The notes: generated from the letters alone by a model not told the origin. Counted from the stretch's first letter, positions 30,373 through 39,977 are shown. The stretch is DNA of 64,000 bases from Promethearchaeota archaeon (GCA_019058365.1 JAHPZE010000002.1:128001-192000), one strand, 5' to 3'. Program-made: numbers and translations.

Positions 30373-31068
30373 CTAAAAATCAGATAATGGAATTTTTCCG
30401 TTAAAATGAATCCAATTACCATCAAAACTTATTTGAACGGAAATAATTTTGATTCCTCTCTTTCTTGCTTCACTTAAATTTTCTGAAAATTTAGCATCCA
30501 TTTCAAAATTTGGACTAAAACTTTTTGACTTGCGAAATATTAAAAAGAATAAAATTCCATGATGTTCAATAATTTCTTTTACATGTCTCGCTCCCCGTTC
30601 TGTAGGAGCATCGGGAAAAAGAGCAACGCCATCTCTAACTAACGTCACTCCTTTTACTTCAAGTGGTATTCCATCAAGTAGAAAATCTATTCTGCTTTTT
30701 CCAATTTTTACTTCTTTTCTGATTTCTTTCATGTTAAAAAATTCTGGTAAGAGTCCAAAAACTTTTTGAGCAATCTTTGAATGTAAAGCGGTGTCTATAA
30801 GCACCCATTCAAGATTGACTTTAACAGCCTTGATATAATATTTTAGTTTACCCCGAGAATGAGTAAATAAAACTTCAGCACCTTCTATAAGTAATTCTTT
30901 TAACCTGCCGGGGTCGTGTATGTGAGCAGTTTCAATATGCCCCTTGTATTTGATTTCTCCTATAAATCTATTTGGTCTTGAAATAAATATTCCTTTCATT
31001 AAATTAGGAATTTCAAAAAGAGGTTTCTTGTTGTTATTCATGAATTTTTTAGTACCATTTAATATCAA
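30373..31068 (-). CDS. sfsA: DNA/RNA nuclease SfsA
   Basis: RPNRF, HIHDPGRL, SRIDF, EVKGVTL, FPDAPTERGARH. Confidence 0.92.
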   Translation of the reverse strand: MILNGTKKFMNNNKKPLFEIPNLMKGIFISRPNRFIGEIKYKGHIETAHIHDPGRLKELLIEGAEVLFTHSRGKLKYYIKAVKVNLEWVLIDTALHSKIAQKVFGLLPEFFNMKEIRKEVKIGKSRIDFLLDGIPLEVKGVTLVRDGVALFPDAPTERGARHVKEIIEHHGILFFLIFRKSKSFSPNFEMDAKFSENLSEARKRGIKIISVQISFDGNWIHFNGKIPLSDF

Positions 31069-31163
31069 TTATATTTAGACTAAATTTGTTTATAAAATTA
31101 AGAGATTTTATTATAGAATATAACCTTAATAGATAAAAAGAGTTTATTATTTGAATAATCATA

Positions 31164-31403
31164 ATGAGTGAGCCAGACGATCAAGCAGCTATTGTAAATT
31201 ATAAATTTCATCATATAGATACTTCGAAGTGTGCTCAATGTCAAGATTTTTCCTGTGAAGAAGCGTGCTTTAGGGGTATTTATGAAGTAATTAATAAAAA
31301 ATCTACACCTGAATGTACTGTGGTGGAAGATCGTGAAGATAGATGTGTTAAATGTCACATCTGTACTACAGCATGTAAATATCGGGCTATTCTCATTGAT
31401 TAA
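31164..31403 (+). CDS. Ferredoxin (4Fe-4S dicluster)
   Basis: CAQC...CEEAC and CVKCHICTTAC. Confidence 0.88.
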   Translation: MSEPDDQAAIVNYKFHHIDTSKCAQCQDFSCEEACFRGIYEVINKKSTPECTVVEDREDRCVKCHICTTACKYRAILID

Positions 31404-31597
31404 TCTACTAAAAATTCATTTTAAATCTTTTGATATATATCTATATATAAATTTTCCTTACCTTAATTGAAGATATTTATGAATATATTCAAAATAAAAA
31501 GCATTAAGTGCAGTTTTAGTATTAAATTTCGTTAAAATAAAAAATTATATCAATAAATTGAAAAAATATCATTTTGAAGAATTGTAGGTTTTTTCAT

Positions 31598-32116
31598 TCA
31601 TTGAGCACAAATACATTTTTCACAACAAGTTGCTTGCAAAGATACTTCTCCAAAATCAAGATTTAAATCTATTGGTAAGACAAGATCATTAACTACATTC
31701 TCAATGATGTCCATGTGGGCATATATAACATCTGGATTATTCCGAAAATGGATATTTACGATATTATCAAGGAATTTATAGTTGGTACCAATCAGAAGGA
31801 TGCTCATATTTCTATCTCCTGAAAGTTTAAATGCGTTAATCATGAAAGGGCAGTTTTTGACAGTCTCAATAACCTTTTTTGGATTCTTTGTTTGAATTTC
31901 AACTCTACCAAAACAGAGATCAGCTACTTTGATATTTACACCGGCCTGATATTTCAAAACGCCTAATTTTTCAAGCTTCTTGATGCGCATTCCCACAGTC
32001 GGTTGACTGCGATTAACTTGTCCCGCAATTTCTGTGTGTGTAAGTGTGGGCTCTTTTTGAATCAGGTCCATAATTTTACAATCAATATCATCAATACCAA
32101 TTTTGTCACTTATCAT
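31598..32116 (-). CDS. Lrp/AsnC family regulator with a Cys-rich tail
   Basis: THTEIAGQVNRSQPTVGMRIKKLE, CPFMINAFKLSGD, tail CCEKCIC. Confidence 0.9.
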   Translation of the reverse strand: MISDKIGIDDIDCKIMDLIQKEPTLTHTEIAGQVNRSQPTVGMRIKKLEKLGVLKYQAGVNIKVADLCFGRVEIQTKNPKKVIETVKNCPFMINAFKLSGDRNMSILLIGTNYKFLDNIVNIHFRNNPDVIYAHMDIIENVVNDLVLPIDLNLDFGEVSLQATCCEKCICAQ

Positions 32117-32292
32117 TTTCTTTACCTTTTAATTTTAAAATTAAAAATAAAACAATATTCACATATCGCCATATAACGATAATACGATAACATAATATTT
32201 AAACCTTTGTGATTTTCGTATTAATAATGAAATATTAATAATCCATTAAAACAAGCTTTAAAAACTAGTAAAAAAAATACTCTATTAAATCT

Positions 32293-32628
32293 ATGAGCGA
32301 ATTAAGAAAATACACAATAGAATTTTTAAAGGTATTAGCAGATTCAACAAGATTAGAAATCCTAGATCAATTAAAAAATAGTGAAAAAACCGCTAAAGAA
32401 ATTAAAGAGAAACTGAACAGATCTCAATCAACAATTTCCAAACATTTGAATTTGCTCATTGATAATAACCTTATAGATTTTGAGAAAAAAGATAATATTA
32501 AATTTTATAAGATTAAAAATAGCAATATTTTTACCCTTCTCTCTAATATAAATTCAACAGTAGCTAATATTAACTCTGAGAAACTTAAAGACTTAATTGA
32601 TGTTGACATCATTGATACATTATCTTAG
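32293..32628 (+). CDS. ArsR/SmtB family transcriptional regulator
   Basis: FLKVLADSTRLEIL...SQSTISKHL. Confidence 0.9.
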   Translation: MSELRKYTIEFLKVLADSTRLEILDQLKNSEKTAKEIKEKLNRSQSTISKHLNLLIDNNLIDFEKKDNIKFYKIKNSNIFTLLSNINSTVANINSEKLKDLIDVDIIDTLS

Positions 32629-32669
32629 CTTTTCAAGAATATATTTTATTTTAAAATCTCTTAAAAAAT

Positions 32670-33218
32670 ATGGAATCCTCAAAAAAAGATAAAGAAACTA
32701 AACAATCAATAAAGATTGTGCTTCTAGGATTAGATAATAGTGGGAAAACATCAATTTTGAATTGTTTAAAGGGTATTAAAGCTATTTCTGCTTTTAATAG
32801 TCTAATGCCCACTAAAGGTCTTGATGTTGAGCATTTTCAGGCCTTAAATTCAGAATATTCTATTTGGGATCTTGGCGGTCAAAAAGCATATCTTGATGAG
32901 TATTTCAACGATTTTAAAAAATATGTAAAGGGAACAAATAAATTTATATATGTAATTGATATTCAAGATGTTAATCGTTATGATATTGCCCTTGAATATA
33001 TGATCAAAGTAATAAATTCAATTGAAATACAAAATGGCATTGAGTTTTCTATTTTTCTCCATAAATTTGACCCAGATTTGGTATTTGATAGCAATTTAAA
33101 TGAAAATGTTATTGATGATTTTATAAGAAAAATAAGAGGGACTATTCCTCCAAAATTTAATTATTCACTTTATAGAACATCAATATACGCAATCTTTGAA
33201 AAATCTACAGTTATATAA
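32670..33218 (+). CDS. Ras-superfamily small GTPase (Arf/Rag-like)
   Basis: G1 GLDNSGKTS, G2 PT.G, G3 WDLGGQ, G4 HKFD, G5 TSI. Confidence 0.93.
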   Translation: MESSKKDKETKQSIKIVLLGLDNSGKTSILNCLKGIKAISAFNSLMPTKGLDVEHFQALNSEYSIWDLGGQKAYLDEYFNDFKKYVKGTNKFIYVIDIQDVNRYDIALEYMIKVINSIEIQNGIEFSIFLHKFDPDLVFDSNLNENVIDDFIRKIRGTIPPKFNYSLYRTSIYAIFEKSTVI

Positions 33219-33333
33219 ATGATGTAGGTTTAGTGGTTTTAGCGATTTTAAATAATTTGAAAATTTTAAAATATGTTAGAAAAGAATACTATTTAGTATC
33301 GAAGGAAAAAAAGTCACAAGATTTCATAAATAT

Positions 33334-35508
33334 ATGTGGTCGCAGGAAGAAAAAAAGGAATTAACAAGTCGAGTAAAATGTAGATCATCGTTAATTGTTT
33401 TTGCTTTAATCTTGTTCCTTACTTATCTTACTCATTTCTATAGTTTTCTTTTATTTCATACTATTGCTGAGTTATTTAGTGTAGTTATTGCATTTGGCAT
33501 TTTTATAATTGGATGGAATACTCGAAAGAATATAGAGAGCTCGATTTTCTTAGTTCTAGGCGTCAGTTTATTATTTGTTGGCTCAATTGATCTAATCCAT
33601 ACTTTAGCATATAGTGGAATGAATATATTTGAAGGATATGACGCAAATTTACCTACTCAATTGTGGATAGCTGCCAGATATCTTCAAGCAGGTTCTTTTC
33701 TCATGGCATTTCTTTTAATGTATAAAAAGATAAATCCAAATCATTTAGTAATTGGATATACGGTTATAAGTACACTTTTGGTGGTATTAATTTTTAATAG
33801 GATTTTTCCAGATTGCTATATTGAAGGGACAGGGCTCACACCATTTAAAATTATCAGCGAATATATAATTATTGGAATTTTAGCAGTATCTATAATAGTA
33901 TTATATAAAAATAGAAAAGAGCTCAATTTAACAACGTTTCGATTGAAAATCTTTTCGATTTTATCACTAATAATAGCGGAGGTAGCTTTTACTTTTTATA
34001 TTGGTGTATATGATCTTTCTAATTTAATAGGGCATATCTTTAAAATAATTTCTTTTTATTTTATTTATTTAGCAATTGTCCAAAAGGGATTTGAGGATCC
34101 TTTAAATACTTTATTCACAAGATTAAAACAGAGTGAGGAATTTATAAAAACAGCATTAAATACTCAAATGGATACTTTTTTTGTATTCAATCCAAAGAAC
34201 GGTAAAGCGATAAGATGGAATAAAGCTTTTAATGAGATCAGTGGCTATACTGATAAGGAAATATTATCCATGAAAGCACCTGATTCTTATTACAACCAAG
34301 AAGATTTAGAAAAAGCTGAAAAGGCTATACGTAATGCCATAGAAACTGGCAATACTACAGTTCAAATGGAATTAATTACAAAAGAAGGGAAAAAAATACC
34401 CTTTGAATATTTAGGCTCAGTTATTATTGATGATCATGGAGATATTAATTATATCGTTTCTGTTGGTCGAAATATTACTCAACGTATACAAGCAGAAGAA
34501 GAAATTAAGAGTTTAGCAAAGTTTCCTTCAGAGAATCCAAATCCAGTATTAAGAGTCAGTAATGAAATTGTCCTATATATAAATGATGCTGGTCAAAAAT
34601 TGTTTAATATTGAGGTTGGGAAGAAGATGCCACCTAGTTTAAATAATGTAGTAGGGGAAGTCTTTCATACTCAAATAATTCACCAAATTGAGCTTGAATT
34701 AAATAATCAATTTTACTCATTTACTATAACACCCATAACTGAAAAATCATATCTTAATATTTATGGTCTTAATATCACAGAGAGAATTTTAGCAGAAAGA
34801 AGAATTAAAAACTTGGTATCGACAATTTCTCATGAACTGAGAACACCAATAACCGTTCTAATGATGTCCTTAGATTTATACAGGCAAAAAAAAACTTCAC
34901 TAACCCCTGAACTACAAAACTACATTATTGAGACAGGAGAGAAGAATCTCTCACTTCTAAAAGATTTATCAGAAGATATTCTCATGCTCTCTCAAATTGA
35001 TGAACAAAAAATAGAACTTAATTTTGAAAATTATAATCCCTTAAAGCTATTACAAGATATGGAATTATTCTTTGCTCCTTTTGCTCAAGAAAAAAACATT
35101 ACTTTTGAAATTAATATTAGTGAAGATATCAATATGAAAGGGGACATTAAAAGGATTGATCAAGTTTTTCGAATTCTTCTTGATAACGCAATAAAATATT
35201 CACATGAAAATACAATTATCAAGATAATTGTGATTGAAAATTACAAAGGAAGATTTAATCCTAAAGGAAAAAATGGGACTTTATATCAATTTAAAAATAG
35301 TGGTATCGGAATTAGTAAAGATGATCTACCTCATATTTTTGAGAGGTTCTATCGAGCTTCAAATGTAAGCGAAACTTCTGGAACCGGATTAGGTTTATCA
35401 ATAGCAAAGGATATAATAGAACTTCACCAGGGAGAAATTTTTGTTGAAAGCAAATTAGGAAATGAAACAACCTTTTCCATTTTTTTTCCAAGAATAGAAA
35501 ATTTTTAA
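33334..35508 (+). CDS. Membrane sensor histidine kinase (MASE3 - PAS - PAS-like - HisKA - HATPase)
   Basis: MASE3 pattern (FHTIAELFS, IHTLAY.GM, TQLWIAARY, GLTPFKIISEY); H-box SHELRTP, N-box LLDNAIKYS, IFERFYR, GTGLGL. Confidence 0.94.
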   Translation: MWSQEEKKELTSRVKCRSSLIVFALILFLTYLTHFYSFLLFHTIAELFSVVIAFGIFIIGWNTRKNIESSIFLVLGVSLLFVGSIDLIHTLAYSGMNIFEGYDANLPTQLWIAARYLQAGSFLMAFLLMYKKINPNHLVIGYTVISTLLVVLIFNRIFPDCYIEGTGLTPFKIISEYIIIGILAVSIIVLYKNRKELNLTTFRLKIFSILSLIIAEVAFTFYIGVYDLSNLIGHIFKIISFYFIYLAIVQKGFEDPLNTLFTRLKQSEEFIKTALNTQMDTFFVFNPKNGKAIRWNKAFNEISGYTDKEILSMKAPDSYYNQEDLEKAEKAIRNAIETGNTTVQMELITKEGKKIPFEYLGSVIIDDHGDINYIVSVGRNITQRIQAEEEIKSLAKFPSENPNPVLRVSNEIVLYINDAGQKLFNIEVGKKMPPSLNNVVGEVFHTQIIHQIELELNNQFYSFTITPITEKSYLNIYGLNITERILAERRIKNLVSTISHELRTPITVLMMSLDLYRQKKTSLTPELQNYIIETGEKNLSLLKDLSEDILMLSQIDEQKIELNFENYNPLKLLQDMELFFAPFAQEKNITFEINISEDINMKGDIKRIDQVFRILLDNAIKYSHENTIIKIIVIENYKGRFNPKGKNGTLYQFKNSGIGISKDDLPHIFERFYRASNVSETSGTGLGLSIAKDIIELHQGEIFVESKLGNETTFSIFFPRIENF

Positions 35509-35568
35509 AATAAAATTTAAATTAATTCTAATTGATATTTTCACTAAAAGAGTATCAAGCGAATCACA

Positions 35569-36480
35569 ATGCAAGCTGAGTCTCAATCTGTAATACTCAT
35601 AGTTGATGACAACGTAGATATCTTATATCATTTAAAAGTCTTATTAGAAGATAATAACTATGTAGTTAAAACAGCAGTAAATGGTAGAGATGCTATAAAA
35701 CTTTTATCTGAAATAAAATCACCTCCAGATGTAATCATTAGTGATATTATGATGCCAGGAATGAATGGCTATGATTTTTTTGAGGCAGTATCTAATACCC
35801 CTCAATGGAATCGAATTCCATTTCTATTTCTAACTGCTAAAGCCGCTCCTGAGGATATTCGGTTGGGTAAAATGTTAGGTGTAGACGATTACATAACGAA
35901 ACCCTTTAAAAGGGAAGATTTAATTGCATCAATTTCGGGGAAAATTGCACGAAATAATAAAAGTAATCTTATCGATAAGGAGATTAAACAATTACTCTCC
36001 TCGTTAAAAATTCAGATGCAACCCTCCATTTCTAATAAAGATCAACAATTTTTATGTTTAACTATGGTATATTGGAATGATATTACTGGTCCTACTGTAA
36101 AGGAAGGTTACCCCTCTGATGAAAATTTACCTTTTTCAATTAATACAATTGGCAAGCAATTATTTCATGCTGCAACTTCGATCTATGGGCATGATAAAAT
36201 CACGAAATCTCAAGGTATATTACTTAACATTGAAAATATTAAGAATAAGGGCTATTTGTTTTTTGATTCTTTTCCCACTGAAAATGAGAGATATGGAGAA
36301 AAACAATACATGTTATCAGTAATCACGCCAAATTTATCTTATTTTAGTTCACTTAAAATCAGAGAGATTCTGAAAGAAATCTCTGAAAAAGTAAAAAAGA
36401 ACCAAGATTGGGATATAAAAGAATATTGGGGAAAAATTTTAGAAATTTTATCAGTAGACTCAGGTTTATTCCACCCTTAA
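35569..36480 (+). CDS. Response regulator: REC domain fused to a longin/uDENN-like output domain
   Basis: REC: IVDD, SDIMMP (D59), FLTA, KPF. C-domain: LTMVYWNDITGPTVKEGYP...YLFFDSFPTENERYGEKQYMLSVI...helix. Confidence 0.9.
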   Translation: MQAESQSVILIVDDNVDILYHLKVLLEDNNYVVKTAVNGRDAIKLLSEIKSPPDVIISDIMMPGMNGYDFFEAVSNTPQWNRIPFLFLTAKAAPEDIRLGKMLGVDDYITKPFKREDLIASISGKIARNNKSNLIDKEIKQLLSSLKIQMQPSISNKDQQFLCLTMVYWNDITGPTVKEGYPSDENLPFSINTIGKQLFHAATSIYGHDKITKSQGILLNIENIKNKGYLFFDSFPTENERYGEKQYMLSVITPNLSYFSSLKIREILKEISEKVKKNQDWDIKEYWGKILEILSVDSGLFHP

Positions 36481-36663
36481 TATGATTCTGTATTACTTAA
36501 AATCTATAGTGTTATAAATTAAAAATAGATCTGATTTTTAAATTAATAATTAAGCGAAAAAATCTCTTTTTTTAATAATATCTAGAAAGAACTTTTAAAT
36601 CAGCTCTTTTAGATCAAGATATCAAGAAATAAACTTATAATTTTAACCATTTAGGTGAAAAAT

Positions 36664-36978
36664 ATGTCTGAAATAAAAGAAACAGAAAAATATTTAATGT
36701 CTCCAGAGGTGTGTTCTTGGGCGGATGACGAAGATAATACCTATAAGATTGAAATTCAATTGCCCGGAGTAGAGAAAGAAACAATTAAACTTAAAATGCA
36801 TGATGATAGCTTTTTCGTTAAAGGAGAAACTGAAGATACTACTTTTATAGGTTCCTATACTGTTTGTTGTCCTATAAAACCAGAAGAAGCAAAAGCTGTT
36901 TATAAAAATGGACTTCTTAAGATTGAAGTGCCTTTCAAAGAGCCCGAGTTCCATAGTGTTGAGATTGAAATTGAATAA
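36664..36978 (+). CDS. Small heat-shock protein (Hsp20/alpha-crystallin)
   Basis: IQLPGVEKE.I, AVYKNGLLKIEVP; ATG at 36664 after GGTGA. Confidence 0.88.
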   Translation: MSEIKETEKYLMSPEVCSWADDEDNTYKIEIQLPGVEKETIKLKMHDDSFFVKGETEDTTFIGSYTVCCPIKPEEAKAVYKNGLLKIEVPFKEPEFHSVEIEIE

Positions 36979-37075
36979 ATCTTTTTTTTTTCTTATTCTT
37001 AAAATTAAAATTGTTTTAATAAATTAAACAATATTTTAATTAAGTAATTTTATGTATTTGTATTCTGATTAAACT

Positions 37076-37609
37076 ATGATTAAGATTATCCAAATTGAAA
37101 CTGACGATTATAAAAATCAAGTTAAGGAATTATACTCAGAATACCTTGAATGGGTCGTGTTAAACATAAATAAGGAGCTAAATCTTAATTTCAACATTGC
37201 TGAGGTAGTTAAAGAAGCAGTTGATGCAAGTATGAATGAATTTTATAAGTTTCTACCTCCTGAGGGATGTTTATTTCTCTGTAAATTCGAGAATAAAATT
37301 ATTGGATTAGCATCAATGAGGAGGATTGATCGGATAATTGGTGAGATTAAAAGAATGTATGTTCGTCCTGAATTTCGGGGTAAAGGTCTAGGTAAGCAAT
37401 TACTGGAAAGCTTGATTAATAAAACACGTATTCTAAAGTTTTCAAAACTTCGACTAGATACAGGTCCATTCATGAAAGAAGCTCGAGGACTGTATAAATT
37501 AATTGGCTTTAACGAAATTGATCCATATCAAGAGAGTGAGGTTATTCAAAATGAGATTTTAGAACCTATTCGCAAAAATTGGATCTTTATGGAAATGCTC
37601 ATAAAATAA
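37076..37609 (+). CDS. GNAT acetyltransferase
   Basis: EIKRMYVRPEFRGKGLGK, LDT, A..LY..GF. Confidence 0.9.
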   Translation: MIKIIQIETDDYKNQVKELYSEYLEWVVLNINKELNLNFNIAEVVKEAVDASMNEFYKFLPPEGCLFLCKFENKIIGLASMRRIDRIIGEIKRMYVRPEFRGKGLGKQLLESLINKTRILKFSKLRLDTGPFMKEARGLYKLIGFNEIDPYQESEVIQNEILEPIRKNWIFMEMLIK

Positions 37610-37634
37610 GAATTCTTTAAGAAAAAATTATCTA

Positions 37635-38579
37635 TTAATATTCAATATTCATTTCTTTAACGTAATCGAAAGCAGAATATGCGGCTATTACTCCTTCAGA
37701 AACTCCGGTAATAGCTTGTTTAAAAGGTGCATCAGCTACATCTCCCGCAGCAAAGATGCCTGGAATATTTGTTTCTGATTTACGATTAATTTTAATCTCA
37801 CCTTTTCTATTTGTTTCAACTCCAATATGATTTGCTAATTCAGATTTAGGAATCGATCCTATCTCAATAAATACACCATCTACTTCAAATTCTTTTCCAT
37901 TATCAAAAATTACTGATTTTACTGTTGTATCGCCTTTAATTTCTACAATTTTTGTTTTGTAAATTATCTTAATTTTATCATTATCGTACACTCTTCTCTT
38001 GTTTATTGGTTCAGCTCTAATTTCTTCTCCTCGATAAATAATATATACCTTATTTACACTTTGAGCTAAAAATAAGGCTTCTTTAGCAGCGGAGTCACTC
38101 CCACCAATCACACAAACACTTTTATCCTTATAAAATGGTCCATCACAAGTCGCACAATATGAAACACCTCTCCCAACAAATTTTTCTTCCCCAGGAATGC
38201 CTAACTTCCTTCTTTCTGACCCAGTTGCTATGCAAATTGAATGAGCTTTAAATTTTTGAAAGAAAGAATGAAGTTCAAAGTGATCATCAACTCTATCAAT
38301 ACTCCGTATCTCATCTGAGATGTAAGGGATCTTGAGTGAGTCCATGTGGTCCTTAAACATATCCATCAATCCTTGACCACTTATTGATGTAATAGCGGGA
38401 TAATTCTCTACAATATGAGTTGTTGCAATTAATCCTCCAAAAGTTTTACCAACGACTAAGATATCCATCGCAAATCGAGCTGCATATATGGCACATCCTA
38501 ATGCGGCAGGACCTCCTCCTAAAATTATAAGATCGTACGTTTTTTCTAAATCAATCTCATCCATATCAATATTGAACAT
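37635..38579 (-). CDS. trxB: Thioredoxin reductase
   Basis: GGGPA, GRGVSYCATCDG, GIFAAGD. Confidence 0.93.
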   Translation of the reverse strand: MFNIDMDEIDLEKTYDLIILGGGPAALGCAIYAARFAMDILVVGKTFGGLIATTHIVENYPAITSISGQGLMDMFKDHMDSLKIPYISDEIRSIDRVDDHFELHSFFQKFKAHSICIATGSERRKLGIPGEEKFVGRGVSYCATCDGPFYKDKSVCVIGGSDSAAKEALFLAQSVNKVYIIYRGEEIRAEPINKRRVYDNDKIKIIYKTKIVEIKGDTTVKSVIFDNGKEFEVDGVFIEIGSIPKSELANHIGVETNRKGEIKINRKSETNIPGIFAAGDVADAPFKQAITGVSEGVIAAYSAFDYVKEMNIEY

Positions 38580-39255
38580 GTATATTACCTCCGATCAACG
38601 CTCTTAATATTTCATTTGCACCAACCATTCCAACCAAAGTTTTTTGATCATTTATGATAGTATAAGGAACGCCTGCTGCGTCATAATATTGACCGATATC
38701 TGGATTTGCCATAATATCTATAATCACGGTTCTTATTTTCCCCTTAGATGCAATAGCAAAGTTATTGGCGATAGTAGAGACTTGAGGGCAGTAAGGGCAC
38801 GTTTCCGTTATCATTACTTTAATTGTGGAAGGTTGAATTCTGTCTAAATTTTGTTTTATTGTAGCTTCGTAATAATTTGGTGCTCCAGCAAAAGCGAATA
38901 TAGCTTGGATAAACGGTTGAATTTCACCACCTTGCGGGGCTGCTAAATATCGTATAATTTCTCTTCCCTCCTCATCAATAAATAAGATTGTAGGCACTCT
39001 CGAAATATCATACTTTTTAGTAAATTCAGGGTTATCATCAATACATAATTCCTCAATTGTTAGCATTCCATTGGAATTTTCTTCATATATTCTCAATAGT
39101 GCCATAAATTGATTACAATCCATACACTCTCTTATTAAACTCCCCGATGAAGGCTTTATTTTACATGTAAAAACCTCTAATTTAACAGGTTTTTTTAATT
39201 TAGCCATTTCTCTTTTAATTATATCTTTATATCTATCATCCTGAGACATTTTCAA
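38566..39255 (-). CDS. Protein-disulfide oxidoreductase (PDO/AhpF-N-like, two Trx folds)
   Basis: CMDC and CPYC motifs, cis-Pro VP. Confidence 0.88.
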   Translation of the reverse strand: MKMSQDDRYKDIIKREMAKLKKPVKLEVFTCKIKPSSGSLIRECMDCNQFMALLRIYEENSNGMLTIEELCIDDNPEFTKKYDISRVPTILFIDEEGREIIRYLAAPQGGEIQPFIQAIFAFAGAPNYYEATIKQNLDRIQPSTIKVMITETCPYCPQVSTIANNFAIASKGKIRTVIIDIMANPDIGQYYDAAGVPYTIINDQKTLVGMVGANEILRALIGGNIHVQY

Positions 39256-39272
39256 AAATCACCTAAATATAA

Positions 39273-39977
39273 TTAAGCATACATTCCTCCAAAATCTCTT
39301 TCTCCTTTTGTAAGTTTATCAAGTAAATCTTGAGGTGTAAACATTCCGTAAATATGATCCTTCTCATTTATTACTGTATGAGGGACTCCTTGAACTTGAT
39401 ATTTCATACCAATGTCTGGATTTAAATTAACATCAATTATTTCTGCTGAAATCTTTCCTTTAGAAACTATTGCAAATAAAGTTAGTACTGGGACAGTAGC
39501 AGGACAATATGGACATGTTGGTGTTATAAAGATTTTCATTTTTGATTTTGATATCTTTTTAAGATGAGTAATGATTTGATCCGCATAATAAGGTCTTACT
39601 CCTGAAAAATATTGTATACTATTGAGAAAAGGTACAAATTCAGATCCTATAGGGTGTGCTAAATATCGAATAATCTCTTCATTATTGTCATCAGCAAATA
39701 GAATAGCAGGTATTTTATCAACATTGAATTTCTTTGCTTCTTCTTCATTTTCTTCAGTAGATATTTCCTCAATTATTAGCTTTCCATTAGAAAGATCTTC
39801 TAAAGTTTTTAATAACTCATATGTTCCCTCACAAGCCATACACTTTCTTATTTTTGTTCCATCTTCTTTAGTTTTAAAATCAGTAAATAGTTTAAGTACA
39901 ACTTTTTCTTTTAGTTTGGCCATCTCTCTTTTTATATTATTCATCTCATTTTCGGAAAATAACAAATAATCACCCAT
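39273..39977 (-). CDS. Protein-disulfide oxidoreductase (PDO/AhpF-N-like), tandem paralog
   Basis: CMAC and CPYC motifs; aligns with 38566..39255. Confidence 0.88.
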   Translation of the reverse strand: MGDYLLFSENEMNNIKREMAKLKEKVVLKLFTDFKTKEDGTKIRKCMACEGTYELLKTLEDLSNGKLIIEEISTEENEEEAKKFNVDKIPAILFADDNNEEIIRYLAHPIGSEFVPFLNSIQYFSGVRPYYADQIITHLKKISKSKMKIFITPTCPYCPATVPVLTLFAIVSKGKISAEIIDVNLNPDIGMKYQVQGVPHTVINEKDHIYGMFTPQDLLDKLTKGERDFGGMYA

